Origin: Polyangiaceae bacterium
GTDB taxonomy: Bacteria > Myxococcota_A > Polyangia > Polyangiales > Polyangiaceae
Length of the DNA stretch: 64,000 bases
Assembly (NCBI GenBank): GCA_050287085.1
Contig: JBNKBE010000001.1
Location: 160,001-224,000, forward strand
Reading direction: 5' to 3'
Shown: in pieces, positions 1 through 9,035 of the stretch
Position numbering within the stretch: the stretch's first letter is position 1
Layout: each line of letters starts with the position of its first letter
Position numbers and translations under genes: made by a program
The notes under the pieces: generated by a model
Databases searched by the model: none
The model's input: the letters and a program-made list of their open reading frames with translations, nothing else
What the model was told of the DNA's origin: nothing

Positions 1-332
1 CAAGCGTGGCCAGCGCAGTAGACCAGCGATAACAGGATGATCGTTGGATACTTGCCGAGCAGACGATCGGCGAGCATCGCCCCGACGAGAGGTAGCGCAT
101 ACACGCCGGCAAAAAACGTGTGTGCTACGGCGGTGGCATGCCGATCTGCATCCACCACACCGCTCTGGCTAAGCAGATACGTGAGATAGACGTACAGGAT
201 GGCTTTCATGCCGTAGTAGCTGAAGCGCTCACAGCCTTCGTTGCCTATGATATAGGCAATCCCCGGCGGAAATCCGCTGATGCTGTGATCCGGCTCTTGC
301 CGATAACCCCGTTGCTCCGGGCTCTGACTCAT
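1..332 (-). CDS. POT/PTR family proton-dependent oligopeptide transporter (MFS), N-terminal part; runs off the window edge
   Basis: Not in the ORF track. Manual translation from ATG at 332 gives MSQSPEQRGY...IIGNEGCERFSYYGMKAILYVYL...LADRLLGKYPTII, containing the ExxERFxYYG signature of POT transporters. Confidence 0.9.
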   Translation of the reverse strand, partial: MSQSPEQRGYRQEPDHSISGFPPGIAYIIGNEGCERFSYYGMKAILYVYLTYLLSQSGVVDADRHATAVAHTFFAGVYALPLVGAMLADRLLGKYPTIILLSLVYCAGHA

Positions 333-523
333 CGTTCACACGGTAGTCAAAGCCGGCCCGACAATCCAACTCCGCGAAACCCTTTCTCCGCAAGGCCGCG
401 TCGGAGAGGTCTGTGGGCGGATAGCTGTTCCGCTCAGGGCTCGGAACGGGCCCTGCTCGCCTCGCCCCCGGGCGCCCAAGGGTGAGAAGCGGTTGAGGTC
501 CGCCAGCCTCGTGGACTAGCCTA

Positions 524-2362
524 ATGGCCCCGGCGTCGCCGCACACCAACTGGTCGGAGCCGATGCCCCCGCGAGCGGTGCCGGTTCGCTTCCCCCAACT
601 GCCCCGCCCCCCTTTGACCAACCCGCCCCCCCACGCCCCCGCCTCGTCCTTCGCAGCTGATCCCCTGATAGGGCAGCTCATCGGAGAGCGTTATCGCGTG
701 CTCGGCGTGTTGGGAGATGGCGGCATGGGCATCGTATACCGTGCCGAGCACGTGCTGATGGAAAAGCAGGTTGCGCTGAAGGTGCTGCATCCATCCCTCG
801 CGGTCGTCAGCAGCGTCATGGACCGCTTCCAGAAGGAGGCCATTGCGCTCGCCCGCATCGAGCATCCCAACGTGGTGTCCGCCACAGATTTTGGGAAGCT
901 GCCCAACGGCTCTTATTACCTGGCCCTAGAGCTGGTAGCCGGCTGCAACCTGGGCGAGGTACTGGCCCGGGAAGGAGCGCTCACCCCTGAGTGCTCCGCA
1001 CGGATCGCACTGCAGATCGCCCAGGCATTGGCGGCCGCACACGCTCACAACATCGTCCACCGCGACCTGAAGCCCCACAACATCATGGTCGTGGGTGGCT
1101 CGGCTGCCGTACGCGACGGTTCGGTCCCCTTGATCAAGGTTCTGGACTTCGGCCTCGCGAAGCTGCGCTGGAAGCTGGGCGAAGGAAGTCAACAACCCAC
1201 CCCCGGGCGAGTGTTCGGAACCCCCCATTATATGGCGCCCGAACAGGTGCAGGGAGGCGCGGTCGATGGTCGTACGGACCTCTATTCACTGGGCGTTCTG
1301 CTCTTTGAGATGCTCAGCGGACGGAGGCCTTTCGAGGCGGTGCGGCTCGGCGACGTCTTGACCATGCAGCTGCAGAATGCTCCCCCTCCGCTGCCCCCCG
1401 CTGCCCCCGCTCCCCTGCGCACGCTCACCGAACAACTGCTTGCAAAAAACATGGCGGAGCGACCGGACAGCGCGAGCGACGTGGTGGCCGCGCTCACCCG
1501 CTACCTGGCACCCGCCCCCAGCGCTCCTCCTCCGGCATGGTGGCAACGCCGGCGCTCGATCGCGGGTCTGGCCGTCCCGACCTGGGGTCTTCTGCTTCCG
1601 GTAGTCACATTTCTCATCCCCTTTCTTGTGGTCGTGCTGCGCCGTCCCGCCGCAACCCGGATCGTCGAGGTCGAGATACCAGTGCCCTCCATGGCGCAAG
1701 CGCCGCCCCTGCCGCCGCTCGACGACCTGCCGGCCCTGCTCGCTCGCGCCGAGTTCGGCGATGAGGCGGCCCTGGAGCGCCTGCTAGAAGTCCCCGCGGC
1801 GAGCCGTTCCGTCGACATGTGGCGGGCGCTGGCAAGTGGGCGCCTCAAGCAAAACCGACCGCTACAAGCCCTGATCGTAATGCGCGAAGCGCTACATCGA
1901 AAACCGGAACTTGGAGAAGACGCCCTGATCGCTCGGCAACTACGCGTTCTTGCTTCGGAGCAAGAAACAGCAGCCCAAGCGGTGGCCGTCGCCGCGGATG
2001 CGCTCGGCTCTCGGGGCGTCGATCTACTGTTCAACGTCTGGGCGGAGACCAAGAAACGAACCGAAGCGACGGCCGCTGCCGAGGGCTACCTCGAGAAGCC
2101 GGAAATTCGACAACGCGGCTCTGCGGCCGTCCGCCTTGCGCTGGCGCTACGCGACAACCACCAGTGCCCGGAATCCTTGCAGCTGGTACGACGAGCGATC
2201 GACAGTGGCGACAGTCGCTCCCTTCGCCCCTTGTGGAAGCTGCGCAAGACCGTCGGCTGTGGTGAAAACAAGGCGGGCGATTGCTATCCATGCTTGCGCG
2301 CAGATGACTCGCTGAAGGACGCCATCGAGTCGGCGAGCAAACGCGAGGGGCCGCGTTTCTGA
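524..2362 (+). CDS. Membrane-anchored Hanks-type Ser/Thr protein kinase
   Basis: GDGGMGIVY, VALKVL, HRDLKPHN, DFGLAK, GTPHYMAPE, DLYSLG motifs. Hydrophobic helix WGLLLPVVTFLIPFLVVVL, then a helical C-terminal domain with 4 Cys. Confidence 0.95.
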   Translation: MAPASPHTNWSEPMPPRAVPVRFPQLPRPPLTNPPPHAPASSFAADPLIGQLIGERYRVLGVLGDGGMGIVYRAEHVLMEKQVALKVLHPSLAVVSSVMDRFQKEAIALARIEHPNVVSATDFGKLPNGSYYLALELVAGCNLGEVLAREGALTPECSARIALQIAQALAAAHAHNIVHRDLKPHNIMVVGGSAAVRDGSVPLIKVLDFGLAKLRWKLGEGSQQPTPGRVFGTPHYMAPEQVQGGAVDGRTDLYSLGVLLFEMLSGRRPFEAVRLGDVLTMQLQNAPPPLPPAAPAPLRTLTEQLLAKNMAERPDSASDVVAALTRYLAPAPSAPPPAWWQRRRSIAGLAVPTWGLLLPVVTFLIPFLVVVLRRPAATRIVEVEIPVPSMAQAPPLPPLDDLPALLARAEFGDEAALERLLEVPAASRSVDMWRALASGRLKQNRPLQALIVMREALHRKPELGEDALIARQLRVLASEQETAAQAVAVAADALGSRGVDLLFNVWAETKKRTEATAAAEGYLEKPEIRQRGSAAVRLALALRDNHQCPESLQLVRRAIDSGDSRSLRPLWKLRKTVGCGENKAGDCYPCLRADDSLKDAIESASKREGPRF

Positions 2363-2511
2363 GCTGAACCCCCGGGCGCCCACGAGCTCGACAAGTGAAC
2401 GGAACGTGCCGCCGTCGATTTCGGTCTCGCAGCCCAATCTCACCCTTTCGGCTTCGCTCAATACAGACGCTAAGCGACGTCCGGATGCCGCGAGTGTGTT
2501 AGGTTTCGTGC

Positions 2512-3195
2512 ATGGTCCTCCGCTCCTGGACTTATGAGCGCTGGCTCGGCCGAAGTTTCACGCTCGCGACGCCCCTTCTTCTTCCCGCGCTGGCAATGCT
2601 CAGCTGCGACCGTTTCGTGTCGGAGTCCGAGCTCGGCATTGGCGGCGCTGACGTGAGCGGCGCTGGCAGCGGTGGAACTGAGGTCGGCGGTGCCAACGAG
2701 GGCTCTGCCGGCAACGGCGGCAGCGCGTCTTCCGGTGGCTCAGAAGGCGGAACCGGTCCCGTGACCAACGGCGGGGAAGGGGGCATGCCGCATCTCGGCC
2801 CCGACGATTGCGGCAGCGAGCGCCGCTATTTCGACCCGGTTCGAGAGCGATGCCTGGACTGCAAGCAGGACGACGAATGCGCGACCGGTATCTGCATCAA
2901 CTTTCTGTGCAGTAACAGCCGAATATGCACCAGTCTCGAACAGTGTGGCGACGACGAAGGCCTATTCTGCGACCAATCGCAGGGCGTCTGTGTCGCATGC
3001 TCGGTTGACCTGCACTGCAGCTGGCTAGGCGCGGACTACCGATGCCGAGCGAACACCTGTATCGCCGAATGCTCCCCGGAACTCGGCTGCGAAGTGGGCC
3101 TCTGTGCATCAGGACAGTGCGCCGACTGCGTCGAAGACACCGATTGCCCAACGGGCGCGGCATGCACCCAGCAGCGTTGCCTGATGGCGCTGTAG
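2512..3195 (+). CDS. Cys-rich secreted protein / probable lipoprotein with Gly/Ser linker
   Basis: Hydrophobic segment ending in MLSC (lipobox-like), G/S-rich spacer, then repeated C-x4-(D/E)C-x4-6-C-x4-C units. Confidence 0.75.
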   Translation: MVLRSWTYERWLGRSFTLATPLLLPALAMLSCDRFVSESELGIGGADVSGAGSGGTEVGGANEGSAGNGGSASSGGSEGGTGPVTNGGEGGMPHLGPDDCGSERRYFDPVRERCLDCKQDDECATGICINFLCSNSRICTSLEQCGDDEGLFCDQSQGVCVACSVDLHCSWLGADYRCRANTCIAECSPELGCEVGLCASGQCADCVEDTDCPTGAACTQQRCLMAL

Positions 3196-3392
3196 TCCCA
3201 ATCCGGTGAGGACTGTAGCCCCGATGTCGAACGCTGCGTAGTCAACAGCTGTTTTTCACCACTTCTCAAAACCGAGACCGTATGGAGGCTCTTGTTCGCG
3301 CCCCCGAGCATTGGTAGCGTCGGCTTAGCGGGAGTCCTGCCTGAACGTACGCGACCCTTCGCGTACCAGGACAGAAGCCACCGCGATGGACG

Positions 3393-4550
3393 ATGACCCG
3401 GCCCTCTTATTCTTCACTTGTTCGCCCTCTACCGGCCCGTCCAATAGGGCTTTCGTCGCGTCGGAATCCCAGACGCAATAGCGCGTGCTTTGTTTCGGCC
3501 CAGGTGAGCCGGGCGATCCCCCACGGCGGGCTTGCCTGTCGCTGGCTCGGAGTGCTCTTGGCGGTGCTGCTAACCAACGCCAATACGGCGGCGGCCCAAA
3601 CCCCGGCTGAGCGCACGATGGCGCGAAACCTCGCCCATGAAGGGCAACAAGCCTTGATCGACGGAGACTTCGAGACTTCCGCCGAACGCTTCCTGCGCGC
3701 GTCCAAGCTGGTCGATGCCCCCACGCTCAGACTGGGACTCGCCCGCGCTCGCGTCGGGCAAGGGCGCTTGGTCGAAGCCTATGAACTGTACCAGGCCATC
3801 AGCCGCGAAGCGCTTGGACCCAAAGCCCCCAAGGCCTTCGTCCGCGCCGTTGAATCGGCGCGCGCGGAGGGTTCCGAGCTGGAGGCTCGCCTGGCGTGGA
3901 TCACGCTGCAGGTTACGGGTTATGCCAGCGGGGAACAACCCACGGTCAAAGTCAACGACGTGCTCGTTTCAAACGCTTCGCTCGGTATCCGACGCCCGGT
4001 GGACCCGGGCACGGTAACGGTGACCGCCACCCTCGACGGCTATCAGGACGCACGCGCGACCCTCGATGTAGCGGAGGGCGAACCCAATGTCGTGCTCTCG
4101 GTCAGGCTGAAACAGAAAGCCGAAGTGACGCCAGAGCCAGCGCTCACTGTCCCGCCGCCCATTGCATCCGAGCCCGAAACGGATGCGAACCCGAATCCTT
4201 TTCCCCTGCGATGGGTGAGCTACGGTCTCTTGGGAGTGGGCGGCGCAACGCTGGTCACGGGCGGGGTCTTCGGGGCCCTGTCCGCCGGCAATTATTTGAG
4301 CCTCCGGAGCGACTGCAGGAAATCCGGCGCCAACACCCGCGCCTGTCCCGATAGCTCCAATTACCTACAACGCGACGCACGGTGGCACGATCAGGCCATC
4401 GCCGCTGCCATCTTCGCCAGCGCTGGCGCCGTGCTCGCGGGGGGCGGGCTGGTGCTCTACTACCTGTACCCCGAAGGCGAAGACAGCGAGCACAGCTGGG
4501 TGCATCCTGTCGTCGGCCCGGGTTTTGTTGGTGCTCAGGGGAGGTTCTAG
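3393..4550 (+). CDS. Secreted TPR + PEGA-like protein (myxobacterial type)
   Basis: Signal-like WLGVLLAVLLTNANTAAA. TPR-like ARNLAHEGQQAL...LGLARARVGQGRLVEAYELY. PEGA-like VKVND...VDPGTVTVTATLDGY. Two Gly-rich hydrophobic helices and a terminal VGAQGRF. True start may be GTG at 3504. Confidence 0.8.
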   Translation: MTRPSYSSLVRPLPARPIGLSSRRNPRRNSACFVSAQVSRAIPHGGLACRWLGVLLAVLLTNANTAAAQTPAERTMARNLAHEGQQALIDGDFETSAERFLRASKLVDAPTLRLGLARARVGQGRLVEAYELYQAISREALGPKAPKAFVRAVESARAEGSELEARLAWITLQVTGYASGEQPTVKVNDVLVSNASLGIRRPVDPGTVTVTATLDGYQDARATLDVAEGEPNVVLSVRLKQKAEVTPEPALTVPPPIASEPETDANPNPFPLRWVSYGLLGVGGATLVTGGVFGALSAGNYLSLRSDCRKSGANTRACPDSSNYLQRDARWHDQAIAAAIFASAGAVLAGGGLVLYYLYPEGEDSEHSWVHPVVGPGFVGAQGRF

Positions 4551-7500
4551 ATGCTCGGTCCCGTGCGAAGGCTTGTTGTGCTCACCCTTCGAGGTGTACT
4601 CCCACTCATCGCGCTTGCGCCCGCCGGTTGTGACCACTTCGTCGCTGGCGGCCCCGACGCGTCGCTCATGGACGGCGGCTCAATCGACAATTCATCCGGG
4701 GGCGGCCCGCCGATGTCGATGGAAGGCGGCGCCGGCGGCGTCTCGCCCGATGCCGCTCAGTGCGAGCCCGGCACGCCACGCTGCACCGAAAGCGTGTTGC
4801 AGGTATGCAGCGAGGACGCCGTTTTCAAAGCCAGAGAGCTGTGCGCGAGCGCCGAACTATGTGAAGAAGAAGGCTGCGCCCCGCCGATCTGTGATAGCAA
4901 GGAGCTCGCCTGCGATCAGGGTACGCTCAGCCAATGCCACGAGTCGCTCACCGACTGGGAGCCCTTGCTGCAGTGCCCCAGCGCGGACCAGTGTGACCCG
5001 TCGCGCGGGACTTGTGAAGCCTGCGTCCCTGGGACTTTCACCTGCAACCGCCGCGAACTGCTGACGTGCACGGAGGAAAGCAGCTGGCAGATCGTAGAGG
5101 TCTGCGATAGCCACGCGCTCTGCAACTATGAAGCGGGGCGGTGCGATGAGACCGCTTGCGCAGAGGGAGCCACCCGCTGCGACGGCACACGTTTCCAGCA
5201 ATGCGCTGATTCGCTCGATCGCTGGGAAACGATCGAAAGCTGCGTCAGCGCCGGCTTGTGCGTGCCTCGGCTCGGATGCCTGCCCGTGGTTTGCGAAATT
5301 GGAGAGCACATCTGCGACGGCAATCGACTGCTCGCGTGCCGCGCCGATCAAGGGGGATACGAACCGCTCGATACCTGTCAAGGCCCCGCCTACTGCAATG
5401 CCTCCGCGGGAGTGTGCACCGAAACCCCCTGCGAGCCGGGAGAGCAGCAGTGCAGCGGGAAGAGCCTGCAGCAATGCAACGATACTCGCGACGCCTGGAC
5501 CGAACTTGAGCTCTGCGCCACATCGTCCCTATGTGTCAGCGGTGGCTCCGGCGAATTCCATTGCACGGCGCCCCTTTGCGACCGTGACGAATACAGCTGC
5601 GATGGCGCCCAATTGCGTCGTTGTGCCCAAGGGCGCAATGCCTGGCTCGACGTCGAAGAATGCGAGACGGAAGCATTGTGTAGCGCCAGCGCGGACCAAG
5701 GACTCGGCGGGTGCAAACCGCCGGTCTGCGCCAAAGGACAGCACCGGTGTTCTCCTGACGGCAGCGTCCTCGAGAGCTGCAAGGACGGACGAACCGGCTA
5801 TCAGATCGAAGCCCAATGCGAGATCGGACAATGCGACGCGGCTCGCGGCGTCTGCGCTCCGTGTATCGTAGGGGAATACGCGTGCAACGGTTCTCGCCTG
5901 CAGCGCTGTGACGAGGGCGACGGTTGGGTGTTCGTCAGGCAGTGCCTGGCCGACGCGCTATGTGACGCGGAGGGGGCAGGCTGTCGTGAAGCAGAATGTG
6001 AGGTTGGGACCTTCCAATGTGACGAGCAGACACTGTCGCGCTGCAATCCGACCACGTTGCTATGGGAAACGGTCCGGACATGCGACGACGGCACCGTCTG
6101 TGACAAGCTATCGGGGCAATGTGACCTCTGCGAGCCGGGAACAAGCTTCTGCGAGGGCGACGTCCGTCAGGTGTGTAATGCTGAGGGACGGGGCTACATT
6201 GCCCAGCAGTGCGCGGCGGGCCGCTGTACGACCGACGGCTGCCTGGTCTGTGAACCCGGTAGCTTCAGTTGTTCGGGTTCGCTTCAACTGGAGCAGTGCT
6301 CCGCCGATGGCAAGGGTGTAGAACAACGCGCTGATTGCTCGGGAGTGGGAACGTGCCAGGCCTCGCAGGCGCGGTGCTGCGGCCCCAACACGCCCTTGGG
6401 CTGCAACTACGACAATCGTGGCGTGCGGTTTTGCGGGGGCGACGGCGTTAGTGCGATCGTGCAGGCCTGTAACGGCGAGCAAGGCGATACGTGCGTGAAC
6501 GGGTCCTGCGCGAGCTGCGACCCAGGCACGGGCGTAACCCAATGCAATAGTGCCGGAACCAACGTGCAGGAGTGCGTGAACGGGCAATTCCGCGATGCGC
6601 AGCGCTGCGACTTTGGCTGCATCAGTCGCCCAGCAGAGGGCCGGGGCTTCTGCGCTCCAGACTGCCGCCCCTGGAATGCCACGCGCTGCGTTGCCAACAA
6701 TGAATCGGTGCAGGTATGTGGCGATAACGGCACCTGGGCGTTCTCGGCGCCCTGCGAATTTGGCTGCCTTCCCGCCCTTGGCAACTGTGCCCCCACCTGT
6801 CGACCCGGCACCAAACGCTGCGCGCAGGGACAACCCCAAAGCTGCGACGCTACCGGACGTTGGGTAAACGCCGGACCGGCCTGTGCGGCCGAGTGCTTCG
6901 GCGGAGACTGCGTAGAATGTCTGACGGGAAGCGATTGCAGCTCGCCGTCCAAAGCGGCGTGCAGCGCAGCCCACGCCTGCGTCGCTTGCACAAAGGACGC
7001 CGACTGCGGCAATCTTCCGGGGCTCCCACGCTGCGCCGATGGCCTGTGCGTGGCCTGCACAACCGACAACGACTGCGGCCAAGGCGTATGCGACACGCAG
7101 ACCCGTGCCTGCGTAGAGTGTCTTGCGAACTCGGATTGCGCATCGCCGTCAAAACCCGTTTGCGGGGGCGACGGCCAGTGCCAGCCATGCGGCGGGGGCG
7201 GTGACTGCGACGCCCCCCGGGTCTGCGACACGCGCATCGGCAGCGGTACCCGGGGGCAATGCTTGGGTTGTCTCTCGGACGACGATTGTATCAACAGCGC
7301 GCAGCCGCGATGTGGCTCCAACGGCTCGTGCTTCGAGTGCCTTTCAAAAGCGGACTGCGGTCCCGGTGAGCTGTGCAGCGGAAGCGGTCGTTGCGTGCAA
7401 TGTGTTGCAGACGCCGACTGCAAGACAGCAACGGCGTCCGTATGCACCAACAACAACTGCGAACCTTGTACCAATAATGCGGACTGCGCTCACTTGGACG

Positions 7501-8528
7501 GTCTGGCCGTCTGTGCGCAGGGCACTTGCGTTGGCTGCTTGACCGCCGCCGACTGCAACGACGGAGACGCCTGCAACGGGATCGAAGTCTGTTCATCCGG
7601 GAATTGCATGCCGGGGACGCCACTCGAGTGCGCCGACTCGCCTTGCACCCGCGCCAGCTGCTCGGGCGGGGAGTGCCTATATGTGCCCATCACGGGGCCG
7701 TCCTGCGACGACGATACGAACATGTGCAACGGCGGCGGGACGTGTGAAAGCGGCGAGTGTACCCCCACTGCAGCACTGGATTGCCAGAGCACCGACGCCT
7801 GCCAAATCGGTAGCTGTGATCCGAGCGCCGGATGTCTGGTGGAAGACGCGCCGGACGGTACAGCCTGCGACGACGGCAATCCGTGTAACGGCAGCGACGT
7901 ATGCGCAATGGGTGTCTGCATTTCAGGCGCGGCGACGTGCAACGACGGCAATCCTTGCACCGCGGACTCCTGTGGCGCAGCCGGTTGCCTGCATACCGCC
8001 GTCGCCAACGGAACGAGCTGCGACGATGGCAACGCTTGCACCACCGGCACTCAGTGTACGGCGGGAGTCTGCTCCGGCGGCACCTCGAATTGCGATGACG
8101 GAAACCCCTGCACCACCGACGCCTGCGGCGCCATGGGCGGATGCACACACAACCCCGTCACCAACGGAACGAGCTGCGATGATGGCAACGCTTGTACCAC
8201 CGGCACTCAGTGTACAGCGGGAGTCTGCTCCGGCGGCACCCCTGCGTGTGACGATGGCAATCCTTGCACCACAGACGCTTGCGCGGCCGGCACCGGAGCT
8301 TGCACCAACACTCCGGCGGCCGATCGCTGCAATCTCGACGTAGTTCAGGAATGCACTACGGCTGGTTGGGCCACCAAAACCGATTGCGGAGCAACCGGAG
8401 AAGTCTGTTACAGCGCCGCTTGTTGCGCACCGAGCGGCCCTAACGACTGCGCGCCTGAGGACTGTGACCTAAGCGGGCTGGACGACGGTTGCGGCGGCAC
8501 CTACGACTGCCCCGCCTGCCTCAACTAG
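4551..8528 (+). CDS. Giant Cys-rich repeat surface lipoprotein (1325 aa)
   Basis: Signal ending in PAGC. Three successive repeat classes: C-x-(P/E)G-x-x-x-C-x-G-x-x-L-x-x-C...W, then C-x4-DC-x5-8-C, then CDDGN(P/A)CT. Starts directly after the stop of the previous gene. Confidence 0.85.
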   Translation: MLGPVRRLVVLTLRGVLPLIALAPAGCDHFVAGGPDASLMDGGSIDNSSGGGPPMSMEGGAGGVSPDAAQCEPGTPRCTESVLQVCSEDAVFKARELCASAELCEEEGCAPPICDSKELACDQGTLSQCHESLTDWEPLLQCPSADQCDPSRGTCEACVPGTFTCNRRELLTCTEESSWQIVEVCDSHALCNYEAGRCDETACAEGATRCDGTRFQQCADSLDRWETIESCVSAGLCVPRLGCLPVVCEIGEHICDGNRLLACRADQGGYEPLDTCQGPAYCNASAGVCTETPCEPGEQQCSGKSLQQCNDTRDAWTELELCATSSLCVSGGSGEFHCTAPLCDRDEYSCDGAQLRRCAQGRNAWLDVEECETEALCSASADQGLGGCKPPVCAKGQHRCSPDGSVLESCKDGRTGYQIEAQCEIGQCDAARGVCAPCIVGEYACNGSRLQRCDEGDGWVFVRQCLADALCDAEGAGCREAECEVGTFQCDEQTLSRCNPTTLLWETVRTCDDGTVCDKLSGQCDLCEPGTSFCEGDVRQVCNAEGRGYIAQQCAAGRCTTDGCLVCEPGSFSCSGSLQLEQCSADGKGVEQRADCSGVGTCQASQARCCGPNTPLGCNYDNRGVRFCGGDGVSAIVQACNGEQGDTCVNGSCASCDPGTGVTQCNSAGTNVQECVNGQFRDAQRCDFGCISRPAEGRGFCAPDCRPWNATRCVANNESVQVCGDNGTWAFSAPCEFGCLPALGNCAPTCRPGTKRCAQGQPQSCDATGRWVNAGPACAAECFGGDCVECLTGSDCSSPSKAACSAAHACVACTKDADCGNLPGLPRCADGLCVACTTDNDCGQGVCDTQTRACVECLANSDCASPSKPVCGGDGQCQPCGGGGDCDAPRVCDTRIGSGTRGQCLGCLSDDDCINSAQPRCGSNGSCFECLSKADCGPGELCSGSGRCVQCVADADCKTATASVCTNNNCEPCTNNADCAHLDGLAVCAQGTCVGCLTAADCNDGDACNGIEVCSSGNCMPGTPLECADSPCTRASCSGGECLYVPITGPSCDDDTNMCNGGGTCESGECTPTAALDCQSTDACQIGSCDPSAGCLVEDAPDGTACDDGNPCNGSDVCAMGVCISGAATCNDGNPCTADSCGAAGCLHTAVANGTSCDDGNACTTGTQCTAGVCSGGTSNCDDGNPCTTDACGAMGGCTHNPVTNGTSCDDGNACTTGTQCTAGVCSGGTPACDDGNPCTTDACAAGTGACTNTPAADRCNLDVVQECTTAGWATKTDCGATGEVCYSAACCAPSGPNDCAPEDCDLSGLDDGCGGTYDCPACLN
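8005..8270 (+). repeat. Intragenic tandem duplication, 156-bp (52-codon) period
   Basis: CCAACGGAACGAGCTGCGA...TGCTCCGGCGGCACC occurs at 8005 and 8161, encoding NGTSCDDGNACTTGTQCTAGVCSGGT twice with only synonymous differences in the core. Confidence 0.9.
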
Positions 8529-8561
8529 GCGGTCAGCGCCTTCACCATCGGACTCACCGTC

Positions 8562-8981
8562 ATGAAGTATCTCCACACCATGGTTCGCGTAAGCGACCTC
8601 GAAGCTTCTCTGGCATTTTACTGCGACGCCCTCGGACTGAAGGAACGCAAGCGCACGGAACACGAACAGGGTCGTTTCACGCTGGTGTTTCTGTACGCGC
8701 CCGACAGTCCTGAAGCCGAACTGGAGCTAACCTACAATTGGGATCCGGAAGCGCTCGCGGGCGGGCGCAACTTCGGACACCTAGCGTTCCAGGTCGAAGA
8801 TATCTACCGCCTGTGCGCTTCGCTCCAGACCAAAGGGATCTCCATCCTGCGTCCCCCCCGGGATGGTCACATGGCGTTCGTCCGTTCGCCGGACGGAATC
8901 AGCATCGAACTGCTGCAGCGGGGTGCTGCGCTCCCGCCGCAGGAACCCTGGCTCAGTATGCCGAACCAGGGCTCTTGGTAA
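8562..8981 (+). CDS. gloA: Lactoylglutathione lyase (glyoxalase I, VOC family)
   Basis: [47 protein letters not shown]. Confidence 0.9.
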   Translation: MKYLHTMVRVSDLEASLAFYCDALGLKERKRTEHEQGRFTLVFLYAPDSPEAELELTYNWDPEALAGGRNFGHLAFQVEDIYRLCASLQTKGISILRPPRDGHMAFVRSPDGISIELLQRGAALPPQEPWLSMPNQGSW

Positions 8982-9035
8982 GCCCGATACCTGGGCGGTA
9001 GCGCCCGGCTGACGCCAGTCACCACGCGCCAGGCT

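Noticed and set aside
3193..3195. Pyrrolysine recoding of the amber codon
   Set aside because: No pyl genes in the window, and many other genes here terminate normally at TAG.
6108..8050. Long antisense ORFs opposite the Cys-rich gene, and similar shadow ORFs across the window
   Set aside because: Expected from high GC and biased codon use; translations are low-complexity mirrors of the sense gene.
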